From contig CAMUAR010000002.1 of NCBI GenBank assembly GCA_947086895.1, forward strand, positions 45,253 to 109,252: 64,000 bases of DNA, in the 5' to 3' direction. A program made the position numbers and the translations under genes. This stretch comes from an uncultured Lachnospiraceae bacterium (GTDB lineage: Bacteria; Bacillota; Clostridia; Lachnospirales; Lachnospiraceae). Positions 54,914-63,687 of the stretch are shown here, one piece after another. Numbering within the stretch: position 1 is the stretch's first letter; each line of letters starts with the position of its first letter. Below the pieces are notes generated by a model, which was given only the letters and a program-made list of their open reading frames with translations, made no database searches and was not told the origin of the DNA.

Positions 54914-57340
54914 TCACTCTCTGCTAAATATAGAAAATTCTCTTATACCGCAGTGTTTTCCCTCCTTGTACGGGCGGACAAGCAGATAAATAAAACCTGC
55001 AGTACAAAGAAACGCGACCGCCGTCCAAATCCCAAACACTCCTTCAAAAAACAGCATCCCAAACTGATAAATACAAAGCGATACAATATAAGCCAAACCG
55101 CACTGATATCCAATTGCAAACCAGAACCATCCCGCATTGTTCATCTCTCTTTTGATCGCACCCATCGCTGCAAAACATGGCGCACACAAAAGATTAAAGG
55201 CAAGGAAGGAATACGCCGCGGTCTTTGTCATTACTGTAAAATCAAGCACGCCGAACACGCCGACAACCTCCTCTTTTGCAACAAGTCCCATAATTGTCGC
55301 AATCACCGCCTCTGTTCTGTGAAATCCAAGCGGCGCGAAAATCCATTTTATCGCATTTCCAATTCCCCCAAGAACACTGTTCTTCAATTCCATCTCGGCG
55401 TCAAATATAAATTTTCCATCCACCATTCCCAAACGGGAGCCTGCCCAAATTACGATGGAAGAAAGCAAAATAATCGTGCCTGCTTTTTTTATAAACGATG
55501 AACCGCGCTCCCATACACTGCGCAAAATATTGCCGACGGTCGGCCAGTGGTATGCTGGAAGTTCCATAACAAACGGCGCTGGTTCACCTGCAAACATCTC
55601 TGTTTTTTTTAAGATAATACCAGAAGAAACAATCGCAGCAATTCCAATAAAATACGCGCTTGGTGCAACCCACCACGCATTTTTAAACAAAGCTGCTGAA
55701 ATCAGCGCAATAATCGGAAGCTTTGCACCGCAGGGAATAAATGTTGTTGTTATAATGGTCATCTTCCGGTCGCGGTCATTCTCGATTGTTCTTGAGGCCA
55801 TAATCCCCGGCACACCGCATCCGCTGCCAATCAACATTGGAATAAACGATTTCCCCGAAAGTCCAAACTTGCGGAAAATACGATCCATAATAAAAGCGAC
55901 GCGCGCCATATAACCGCATGCTTCCAAAAACGCAAGAAATAAAAACAGCACAAGCATCTGAGGCACAAATCCAAGCACCGCCCCAACACCACCGACAATA
56001 CCCTCCACAATAAGACCTGTCAGCCAATCTGCACAGTGCAGTGTTTCAAGCAGGTTTTCAAAAATCACCGGAATGCCAGGAACCCACACGCCATACTTGG
56101 ATGTATCTGGAACATTTTCTGCCGAAAGCGCAGCATCCACAACTTCAGAAATATTATATCCGGCTTCTGACAATGCATCTGCATAAGAACCATAAGCTTC
56201 CTCAAATGCTCCGAAGTCTTCCTCTTTCATCGCATTTAAAATATCATCCGCTCCAACTACACCGGCTGTGGCTGCCGCTTCTACATTCGCTGCCACTGCA
56301 TCGGTCCATACATTCTCTTTCGCATAAGCCTCCAGATCCGCATTGTATGCGGAAGAACCAATTCCAAACAAATGCCATCCGTCCCCAAATAATCCGTCGT
56401 TTGTCCAATCGGTTGCCCATGTTCCAACGGTTGTAACAGAAATATAATAGACAAGAATCATCACCACAGCAAAAATTGGCAGGGCAAGAAAACGATTTGT
56501 CACAATTTTATCAATTTTATCAGAAACCGTCAATTTTTCTTTTCTATTTTTCTTTGTAATACAACGGTCAATTATATTTGAAATATAAACATACCGTTCA
56601 TTTGTAATAATACTTTCTGTATCATCGTCAAACTCTTCCTCCAACTGTTTTATCTCAGCGTTCACGTCTGGAACATCCTTTATTACACCCGCAATTTTAT
56701 CATCCTTTTCCAACAATTTAACCGCAAAAAAACGCTTTTGTTCTTCCGGGACAATTCCCGATAATTTATCTTCCACATTCTGAATGATCTGTTCGGCTTT
56801 GGAAGAAAATTTGTGTACCAGCGTCAGCTTTTTTTTCGTGTTCGCTGTCTCAACTGCTTTTTGCACTACTTTGTCAATTCCCGTTCCCTTCAATGCAGAA
56901 ATCTCTACTACCTCGCAGCCAAATCCCCCTGCAAGCTTATCTGTATGTATTTTATCTCCGCTTTTTTCCAGCAGATCCACCATATTAACCGCCATTACAA
57001 CAGGAATGCCAAGCTCCATCAACTGCGTAGATAAATATAAATTTCTTTCCATATTTGTTCCGTCAACAATATTGACAATAACATCTGGTCGTTCCCGGAC
57101 AAGATAATTTCTTGCAACAACCTCCTCCAATGTATAAGGCGACAGGGAATATATTCCCGGAAGATCTATAATCACGATATCATCTTGTTTTACACCAAAT
57201 GACTTTTTTAATTTTCCTTCCTTTTTCTCAACGGTCACACCAGGCCAGTTGCCGACAAACTGACTTGAGCCGGTCAATGCGTTAAATAATGTCGTCTTAC
57301 CACAATTTGGATTTCCTGCCAAAGCAATTTTTACTGACAT
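54914..57340 (-). CDS. feoB: Ferrous iron transport protein B
   Basis: N-terminal G-domain with GNPNCGKTTLFN and DLPGIYS, followed by a large polytopic permease domain. Confidence 0.95.
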   Translation of the reverse strand: MSVKIALAGNPNCGKTTLFNALTGSSQFVGNWPGVTVEKKEGKLKKSFGVKQDDIVIIDLPGIYSLSPYTLEEVVARNYLVRERPDVIVNIVDGTNMERNLYLSTQLMELGIPVVMAVNMVDLLEKSGDKIHTDKLAGGFGCEVVEISALKGTGIDKVVQKAVETANTKKKLTLVHKFSSKAEQIIQNVEDKLSGIVPEEQKRFFAVKLLEKDDKIAGVIKDVPDVNAEIKQLEEEFDDDTESIITNERYVYISNIIDRCITKKNRKEKLTVSDKIDKIVTNRFLALPIFAVVMILVYYISVTTVGTWATDWTNDGLFGDGWHLFGIGSSAYNADLEAYAKENVWTDAVAANVEAAATAGVVGADDILNAMKEEDFGAFEEAYGSYADALSEAGYNISEVVDAALSAENVPDTSKYGVWVPGIPVIFENLLETLHCADWLTGLIVEGIVGGVGAVLGFVPQMLVLFLFLAFLEACGYMARVAFIMDRIFRKFGLSGKSFIPMLIGSGCGVPGIMASRTIENDRDRKMTIITTTFIPCGAKLPIIALISAALFKNAWWVAPSAYFIGIAAIVSSGIILKKTEMFAGEPAPFVMELPAYHWPTVGNILRSVWERGSSFIKKAGTIILLSSIVIWAGSRLGMVDGKFIFDAEMELKNSVLGGIGNAIKWIFAPLGFHRTEAVIATIMGLVAKEEVVGVFGVLDFTVMTKTAAYSFLAFNLLCAPCFAAMGAIKREMNNAGWFWFAIGYQCGLAYIVSLCIYQFGMLFFEGVFGIWTAVAFLCTAGFIYLLVRPYKEGKHCGIREFSIFSRE

Positions 57341-57615
57341 TATGGATACTCCTTTTCTTAGATTATTATTTTTTTCTTACTTTTGTTTTTTAGAATCCAC
57401 AAAATTTCATCTACAATAATTTTTATTTTTTCTCTTATTCTGCTGTGCAAACCGTATCCTAATTTACAAGAATTTCTATTTCAAAATTGAAAATTACAAT
57501 TTTTAGTCTTGATCTTTCTTAATAAAAAAATTTTTATTTCACGTTCCTAACATCAATCCATAAATCGCTTTTTATCATCCAAAACGATTTTTATTTCATT
57601 TTAAAAACATCTTTT

Positions 57616-57652
57616 ATTATACAATGCTATCTTCTGTTAGTTAGAGCTAACT
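57616..57652 (-). promoter_or_regulatory. Extended -10 promoter element (TGTATAAT) with an upstream palindrome AGTTAG-CT-CTAACT, inside the feoA-feoB spacer
   Basis: On the minus strand, TGTATAAT is at 57623..57616. The palindrome is at 57639..57652 (plus-strand reading AGTTAGAGCTAACT). Confidence 0.4.
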
Positions 57653-57681
57653 CAAGCGTAAAAAAAATTGAACTAAATTTT

Positions 57682-57900
57682 TTACTCTACTTCAATCATT
57701 CCAGCGTCCACTTTTCGCAGCGACAGCTCGTAACCTCTTACTGTAATCTCCATTGGATCACCAAGCGGTGCCACTTTCCGCACAAAAATATCAACTCCCT
57801 TTGTAATTCCCATATCCATAATTCTGCGCTTTACTGGTCCGTCTCCAGCTAACTTTTTTACTCTGGCAGTTTCCCCAACAGCAACCTCTTTTAATGTCAT
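57682..57900 (-). CDS. feoA: FeoA family protein
   Basis: 72-aa SH3-like FeoA: L.E...G....V.KL.G.G..RRI.DMGI.KG..I.V. Confidence 0.9.
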   Translation of the reverse strand: MTLKEVAVGETARVKKLAGDGPVKRRIMDMGITKGVDIFVRKVAPLGDPMEITVRGYELSLRKVDAGMIEVE

Positions 57901-58060
57901 GCTCTATCCTCCTGAACTTCTTTTTAATTTCACATCTCTGCAATGTCAGCTTTCTTGATAATCTGCTCTGCTTGCCTATTTTCGATATGGGCAAATATAG
58001 CTAACTATCCTATCGGTATGCTTTACTTGAATATTCTTCCAAATTTTTCACAGCTTTGTC

Positions 58061-58270
58061 TCAAACAATAATCTTATTTGCCATATCTTTTCCGATTGCA
58101 ACTCTCGAATCTTTAATATTTACAATAATATTTCCGCCGATTGCAGAAATTACAGTTACTACCCCTCCTGCAACAAAACCAAGACTTTCAAGAAACTTTC
58201 GCGTCTCCTCTTTCCCACCTACTTTTTTAATTATATTTGATGCTCCTGTACCTACCATTGATAACGGCAT
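58061..58270 (-). CDS. feoA: FeoA family protein (second copy)
   Basis: Start at ATG 58270 (GGGAGG RBS). MPLSMVGTGASNIIKKVGGKEETRKFLESLGFVAGGVVTVIS... Confidence 0.85.
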   Translation of the reverse strand: MPLSMVGTGASNIIKKVGGKEETRKFLESLGFVAGGVVTVISAIGGNIIVNIKDSRVAIGKDMANKIIV

Positions 58271-58352
58271 ATGATTTTCCTCCCTGAAAATTCCACTGAT
58301 GTCAAAAATATACAATCATTCGGAATCTGTACCATTTTTCTCTTGATTTTGG

Positions 58353-58385
58353 AGTTAGTATAAACTAATTTAGATTTGTTGTCAA
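58353..58385 (-). promoter_or_regulatory. Consensus-like sigma-A promoter (TTGACA - 17 nt - TATACT) of the feo locus, with a palindrome overlapping the -10
   Basis: On the minus strand, TTGACA is at 58385..58380 and TATACT at 58362..58357. The palindrome TTAGT-N4-ACTAA (58355..58368) spans the -10. Confidence 0.6.
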
Positions 58386-58454
58386 GAACTTTTTTGAAAA
58401 TTTCTTTATAAATTCTTCAAAAAGAAATTTTACTTTTTTCTTTATAAATTTCAA

Positions 58455-58503
58455 TAAAAACAATCTGTCCAACAGCATCCTCTCTTTTGCTGTTGGACAG
58501 ATT
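58455..58503 (-). terminator. Rho-independent terminator ending the glycan gene cluster
   Basis: AATCTGTCCAACAGCA pairs with TGCTGTTGGACAGATT, followed by a T-run on the minus strand. Confidence 0.75.
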
Positions 58504-58608
58504 AGGCGATATGAAGAATCCTATTCGCTTTTCTATATCCTCTTCTTTTATTTCTTAACAATACTTTTTCTTTTCATTCTTTTAGTAGCATTTTAATAAA
58601 ATTACGTT

Positions 58609-60189
58609 CTACAATATTTTTATATGTTTTACCTTTGTCAAAAATTCAATTTCAATTTCTCTGCTGAATTCCGTAAGAACTTCTGTCATTCCCTGATTTA
58701 TTGCATCCATAACTGCTCTCTGCGCATGAACATTCATCCCAGGATCTGCATAATTTTCTTCTGGATCTGGAGAATAGCCATCCAACCCCGCAAGAGAAAT
58801 CTTTTTCACACCTATATTAATTAAAAATTTAATCAGCATCATCCCTGCATTGTCACACACCGCTTCATTTGCATTCAGCAGCTCTTTGTACTTGGTCTGA
58901 AGATAAACATCCAAAGCTGGAATATTGGACGTCACAATACATTTTTCACGTTTTTTTGCATCCAACTCCCGATACCTGCGCAGATTACTTAAAAAAATAA
59001 AATCTGTTATATTTTCATCGTACTCATAATTTACACTAAAAGTAATAATATTTTTCTGTAAAGAATACTGTACAATCTTTTCTCTTTCCGCGGCAGAACT
59101 TTTCCCTGGAGCAATCAACAGCACTTCTCTGTCCAACAGCTTGTCCTTCAGCTCTGCAAGTCTTTCCTCCTGCACGCGGTCTTTTTCCATATATTTTAAA
59201 TATAGTTCTTCAATATACTCTTTATCATAAGCCGCTTTTTTTCCTTCGTCCATCATATCAAAAATTTCATTCATTCCCTCGATCGTCAAAGTTTTACGAT
59301 TGTCCAAATATCCCGCATAATTTGGGTGAGCATTATGCGCTGCAGAAATATAATTTGGAAGAGAATATCCCCATGAATTCCCTTGATAAAAATCATTTAA
59401 TACCTCGTCGATAATATTTAAAAGCGGCGGAAGCTGATATTTTGTCTCAATATTTTCATTTAGATATCCCACAAATAATTCTGTATTTAAATTTCCTGCA
59501 CCGCGCCCCATCCCATACACAGATGAATCCATAATAAGACTTCTGTTTGTCGGAAGAGCTACCAACGCCTGCGCATTTGCATACGCCAGCTGCATATTGT
59601 TATGAGAATGAAACCCAATTAAAATTCCAGGATTTAAATTATGCTCTACCATATAAAAAAAACGTGTCAAATCCTTTTCTTTCATCACTCCAAAACTGTC
59701 CACAATATAAAAAGCATAAGGATTTAACTGATTTGTTCTTTTAATTAAATCAAGGAACTCCTCATCTGTATAACTTAAAGAAACCATTGGCTGCAAAAAT
59801 ACTTTGTATCCCTTTTTTTGAATCTGCCCGCATACCTTAAACGCTTCCAAAAGGTCTTTTTTGTGAAATGCCACGCGAATTCCATCCAATGGACTTTCTT
59901 TGCATTCTGGAAGTTTTAAAATATCATACTCCCCATAATTGATCATTGCCACAAAAAGACTATTATTTTGTTTTTTTGGAATTACTTCTACAATTTGTTC
60001 CACTTTTGTAAATCGCGTAGAATCCGGGATGTACGGTACTTGATCTGTGAGAAATCCGCACTCAATAACATCCATCCTGGCTTCCACTAAACCTGCTATA
60101 ATTTTTTTAATATTTTCACACCCAAATTTCCAGTAGTTACAATAACCGCCATCACGCAGAGTACAATCCAGGACATGGATTCGATTCAT
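58609..60189 (-). CDS. HMGL-like (DRE-TIM) aldolase-domain protein with a C-terminal extension of about 190 aa (possibly DUF115/MptE-like)
   Basis: N-terminus MNRIHVLDCTLRDGGY is the pyruvate-carboxyltransferase/HMGL-like signature. The C-terminal part (...LLIAPGKSS...DNAGMMLIKFLINIGVKKISLAGLDGYS) is only tentatively assigned. Confidence 0.65.
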   Translation of the reverse strand: MNRIHVLDCTLRDGGYCNYWKFGCENIKKIIAGLVEARMDVIECGFLTDQVPYIPDSTRFTKVEQIVEVIPKKQNNSLFVAMINYGEYDILKLPECKESPLDGIRVAFHKKDLLEAFKVCGQIQKKGYKVFLQPMVSLSYTDEEFLDLIKRTNQLNPYAFYIVDSFGVMKEKDLTRFFYMVEHNLNPGILIGFHSHNNMQLAYANAQALVALPTNRSLIMDSSVYGMGRGAGNLNTELFVGYLNENIETKYQLPPLLNIIDEVLNDFYQGNSWGYSLPNYISAAHNAHPNYAGYLDNRKTLTIEGMNEIFDMMDEGKKAAYDKEYIEELYLKYMEKDRVQEERLAELKDKLLDREVLLIAPGKSSAAEREKIVQYSLQKNIITFSVNYEYDENITDFIFLSNLRRYRELDAKKREKCIVTSNIPALDVYLQTKYKELLNANEAVCDNAGMMLIKFLINIGVKKISLAGLDGYSPDPEENYADPGMNVHAQRAVMDAINQGMTEVLTEFSREIEIEFLTKVKHIKIL

Positions 60190-60227
60190 TTTATGTTCTC
60201 CTTTATTCTTAAAAATCTATAAAATAC

Positions 60228-60881
60228 TTATTTATTTTTATAATAGTTATATATAGCATCTGCTAAAATAAAATCTTCTTCCTCGTCAATATCTATCCCT
60301 TCAATCCCTCCAACTTCCACAAGAAATGGCTTATCTCCTATCCGCCTTCCAAGCTCTGTCACAACACTTTGTCTATAAATATAAAATCCGCTGGTCTCTT
60401 CATAAATTACTGGTAAATCTTGTGTACGCGGAATATTATTAATATCATAATTTATTGGTTCTTCATTTGCCCACAAAAAATCTTGTATTTTCTTCGCCGA
60501 AAAAGAAGAATCATATTCACCATCACAAACTGCTTTAATTCCTTTACGAATCGAATTTGTAGAAATAAATGGTGCTGTCGCATGTGCCAATACATAAACG
60601 TCTGCAAAAATTTCTTGCGCAAATTGGCGTAATACTTCACTAATGGAAGTTTCATCTCTATCTAACCATGGATCACGCTTTAAATATTTTATCTTCTTTG
60701 GAAGAAATGATTGAATTTCATGCGAACTGCAATAAACATAAATTTCATCAATTTCTTCTATTTTAGAAAGAGTTGATAAAATATAATCACATAACGGTTT
60801 TCCACCAGTAAAAGATTTTATATTTTTACCTGGTAAACGACGATTGGTTAATTTCATTGGTACAAACGCAACAATCTTCAT
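60228..60881 (-). CDS. Acylneuraminate-type cytidylyltransferase family protein (CMP-sugar synthetase-like)
   Basis: Start at ATG 60881 (GGGAGGA RBS). MKIVAFVPMKLTNRRLPGKNIK matches the CTP_transf_3 N-terminal motif. Confidence 0.75.
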   Translation of the reverse strand: MKIVAFVPMKLTNRRLPGKNIKSFTGGKPLCDYILSTLSKIEEIDEIYVYCSSHEIQSFLPKKIKYLKRDPWLDRDETSISEVLRQFAQEIFADVYVLAHATAPFISTNSIRKGIKAVCDGEYDSSFSAKKIQDFLWANEEPINYDINNIPRTQDLPVIYEETSGFYIYRQSVVTELGRRIGDKPFLVEVGGIEGIDIDEEEDFILADAIYNYYKNK

Positions 60882-60933
60882 AAATCCTCCCATTCTGCTT
60901 CCCAAGACAATTTTATATCTCAAAACATATAAA

Positions 60934-61352
60934 TTATTTTTCTAAATTTTCGGATGCTATTTTAACAAAATCATCATAACTTCGAATATACTCCTCTGGA
61001 TCATAACATTCGCTTGCCAAAACCAAAAGTACAGAATCAGAGCTAAAATCATACATTTCTTTCCATACCATAGCTGGCAAATATAAACCCATATACGGAC
61101 GATCTAAACAAAAAACTTTCTCCCCCCCCCGCACATTTTTACTCTTACTTTACTTGTACCTATTACATTAATTAATAAAAATTGTGTTTTTCGATTAGCA
61201 TGCTGTCCGCGCACTACATCTGAATTTGAGCCATATATGTAAAATATCCTTTTCGTTTCAAAAGGTATGTCCTTTTCATTTTCCACTACTACAAGATGAC
61301 CATATTCATCACCATATTGTTCGAACTTATTAATCATTGCGGAACTTTTCAT
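60934..61352 (-). pseudogene. FdtA/QdtA/WxcM-type sugar 3,4-ketoisomerase, frameshifted at a G9 tract (candidate phase-OFF allele)
   Basis: ORFs 61104..61352 and 60934..61134 overlap at the C9 run 61122..61130. The joined product has the cupin pattern ...RGQHANRKT...VRVKMCGG(G)EKVFCLDRPYMGLYLPAMVWKEMYDFSSDSVLLVLAS..YD..EYI. Confidence 0.7.
61122..61130 (-). repeat. Homopolymer G9 on the coding strand, C9 on the plus strand
   Basis: Counted directly: t61121, then C at 61122..61130, then g61131. Confidence 0.95.
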
Positions 61353-61353
61353 A

Positions 61354-62478
61354 TTAGTTCTCCCACTTATTTATTTTTTCAATTACATAATCTGTCTGCT
61401 CTGTTGTCAATAACGGACTCATTGGCAAACTTAATTCTGTTGCATGTATTTCTTCACTAATTAAATAGCTTTTTTTATTCCACTCTCGATATGCCATCTG
61501 TTTATGCGGCGGTATTGGATAGTGAATCAATGTCTGTATCCCTTGCGTTTGCAAATATTTCTGTAAACAGTTTCGCGTCTTACATCGCACGGGAAAAATA
61601 TGAAAAACATGATTCCCATTCTGAGGTATCTCTGGCACAATAATTTGTGGATGTTTTATTCCATCGATATAGCGCAGCGCGATAGAAACACGTTTTTCAT
61701 TATCCTCGTCCAAATAAGCCAGTTTTACATTAAGCACTGCTGCTTGAATCTCATCCAATCTGCTGTTGCATCCTTTATATTCAAATACATACTTTTTTCC
61801 AGAGCCATAATTAGCAAGCTTTCTTATAACCTCTGCCAAATCATCATGATCTGTTGTAACTGCACCTCCATCCCCCAATGCTCCAAGATTCTTTCCGGGA
61901 TAAAAACTATGCCCTGCTACATCTCCAATACTTCCTGTTCTTCTATTTCCAAACCTGCATCCATGAGCCTGTGCATTATCTTCAATCAATTTTAAGTGAT
62001 ATTTTTCGCATAATTCTTTTATCTTTTCTGTATAAGCGCATTTTCCATACAAGTGAACAATCATAATAGCACGAGTGCGCTCTGTTATTGTTGCTTCTAT
62101 TTTAGAATCATCAATCTCCATTGTGTTTTGATTCGGTTCTACCAGAACAGGAACAAATCCATTTTCAGAAATTGCCAAAATTGATGCAATATAAGTATTG
62201 GCTGGAACAATAACCTCATCGCCTTCTTTCATAACTCCCAATTCTTTATATGCTCTGAGAATCAAGGTTAATGCATCCAGACCGTTCGCCACTCCGATAC
62301 AATGTTTTGTCCCAATATAATTTGCATAATTTTCTTCAAAACGTTTTACTGTCTCGCCAAGAAGATACCATCCACTATCAATTACTTCTAAAACAGCATT
62401 CTGAATTTCATCACGATACTTTTCTGTTATACTCTTTAAATCTAGAAAAGGAACTCGAATAAAAGGTTCTCTTGTCAT
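61354..62478 (-). CDS. DegT/DnrJ/EryC1/StrS family sugar aminotransferase (FdtB/QdtB-like)
   Basis: PLP-lysine motif [15 protein letters not shown], and NAQAHG. Lies immediately upstream of, and tightly coupled to, the FdtA-like gene. Confidence 0.85.
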   Translation of the reverse strand: MTREPFIRVPFLDLKSITEKYRDEIQNAVLEVIDSGWYLLGETVKRFEENYANYIGTKHCIGVANGLDALTLILRAYKELGVMKEGDEVIVPANTYIASILAISENGFVPVLVEPNQNTMEIDDSKIEATITERTRAIMIVHLYGKCAYTEKIKELCEKYHLKLIEDNAQAHGCRFGNRRTGSIGDVAGHSFYPGKNLGALGDGGAVTTDHDDLAEVIRKLANYGSGKKYVFEYKGCNSRLDEIQAAVLNVKLAYLDEDNEKRVSIALRYIDGIKHPQIIVPEIPQNGNHVFHIFPVRCKTRNCLQKYLQTQGIQTLIHYPIPPHKQMAYREWNKKSYLISEEIHATELSLPMSPLLTTEQTDYVIEKINKWEN

Positions 62479-62620
62479 TTTTTCTTTCTCCTTTCGTTTT
62501 TCTTAACAAATCAAGCAATTGTAAAACCATAAAATCTGCCCAAATATAAAATTATTCGTTTCTTTCATTTAAATCTTATAATTCTTTTCACCTAAATTCT
62601 GCTTTTTTATTTCATGCACA

Positions 62621-63613
62621 TCAAAAAGGTTCTAAAAATGATAAGATTATTTTGGCAATAACTTTCATATCATCTTCTGTATATCTTTGATCAATTGGCA
62701 GCGGCAGCAAGTATTTAGATAGTTTTTGTTCTGTTTTATTACACTCTTTTATATCCAAACATTTTTTCCACCACTGTGGTATATAAATTTTATTTGTTAT
62801 CAAATAACTTCTTAGTTCCGAATTTGACACTAAAAACGGATAGACCATTGGAACCATATCTTTTTTATAATAAAAAGAAAATTCATTTTTATCGCCAAGC
62901 AAAAAATGCAGCATTTCAAAATTCTTTCTTCTTTTCTGTACCACCTCTTTATAACCTATCGCCGATAAAATCGACTGTGTCAATTTTGACATTCCTGCTG
63001 GGACAGATTTTGAAATAATTTCTTCGCTTTCCAAATAATCTGGATAAGCTTCATTTGTTCCTTTATCTAAAGATTTTAACAAATAAAGAGAATGTAAGTA
63101 AGAACATTCTGGTTCAAGTAATATGGTAGCAGCATTTTTCCCTATCAAATAAGCGCCATCAGAAACTCCAAAAAACTTTCTGCAAGAATAAACATTATAA
63201 GCATCTGTAATCGGCTCTGTAAAAAAACTCTGTGTATTATCAATTATCAAATTTTTATATTCTGAACAATATCTTAAAAACTCTTCTTGTGGAATTAAAC
63301 CAAAATAATTTGTCATTAAAAAACATGCTTTTTCATCTGCAAGTTCTGAACTCATAAAATTACTTATAATTGGTCGTAATTTTGAGTCGATATGATAAGA
63401 AAATATTTGTATTCCTTCATCTTCACAGGCTTTATATACGGATGGACACATATAATAAGGTAAAAAGATTTCCCTGCACTGCATTTCTCTAATTGCAAGT
63501 TTAATTGCATTTCTCGCACTATTTAATTCACATCGGTTTACAATCTTATCAAAATACCCCCCCCCGTTACATTTTTTTATTTCAAGTGGAAAATATCCTC
63601 CATACTCATTCAT
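62621..63613 (-). CDS. Hypothetical glycan-biosynthesis protein, possibly DegT-like PLP-fold, with a 5'-proximal G9 tract
   Basis: Start at ATG 63613 (GGGAGGAAAA RBS). The segment YSCRKFFGVSDGAYL resembles the S..K...(D/G)GG PLP region of DegT-type enzymes. This assignment is weak. Confidence 0.55.
   Translation of the reverse strand: MNEYGGYFPLEIKKCNGGGYFDKIVNRCELNSARNAIKLAIREMQCREIFLPYYMCPSVYKACEDEGIQIFSYHIDSKLRPIISNFMSSELADEKACFLMTNYFGLIPQEEFLRYCSEYKNLIIDNTQSFFTEPITDAYNVYSCRKFFGVSDGAYLIGKNAATILLEPECSYLHSLYLLKSLDKGTNEAYPDYLESEEIISKSVPAGMSKLTQSILSAIGYKEVVQKRRKNFEMLHFLLGDKNEFSFYYKKDMVPMVYPFLVSNSELRSYLITNKIYIPQWWKKCLDIKECNKTEQKLSKYLLPLPIDQRYTEDDMKVIAKIILSFLEPF
63557..63565 (-). repeat. Homopolymer G9 on the coding strand, in frame, encoding GGG at codons 17-19
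   Basis: Counted directly: C at 63557..63565. Coding strand reads ...AAA AAA TGT AAC GGG GGG GGG TAT... Confidence 0.95.
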
Positions 63614-63687
63614 TTTTCCTCCCATTCCGCCGCATAGGACACAAACAATTAATACATATCATTACGCTCTAATCTCTTAAAATTTCT

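Noticed and set aside
60934-61352. Programmed translational frameshifting as the explanation for the split FdtA-like gene
   Set aside because: A G9 run is not a known efficient slippery heptamer with a downstream stimulator, and I saw no pseudoknot or hairpin after it. DNA-level slippage or a sequencing error are more parsimonious. This cannot be excluded without data.
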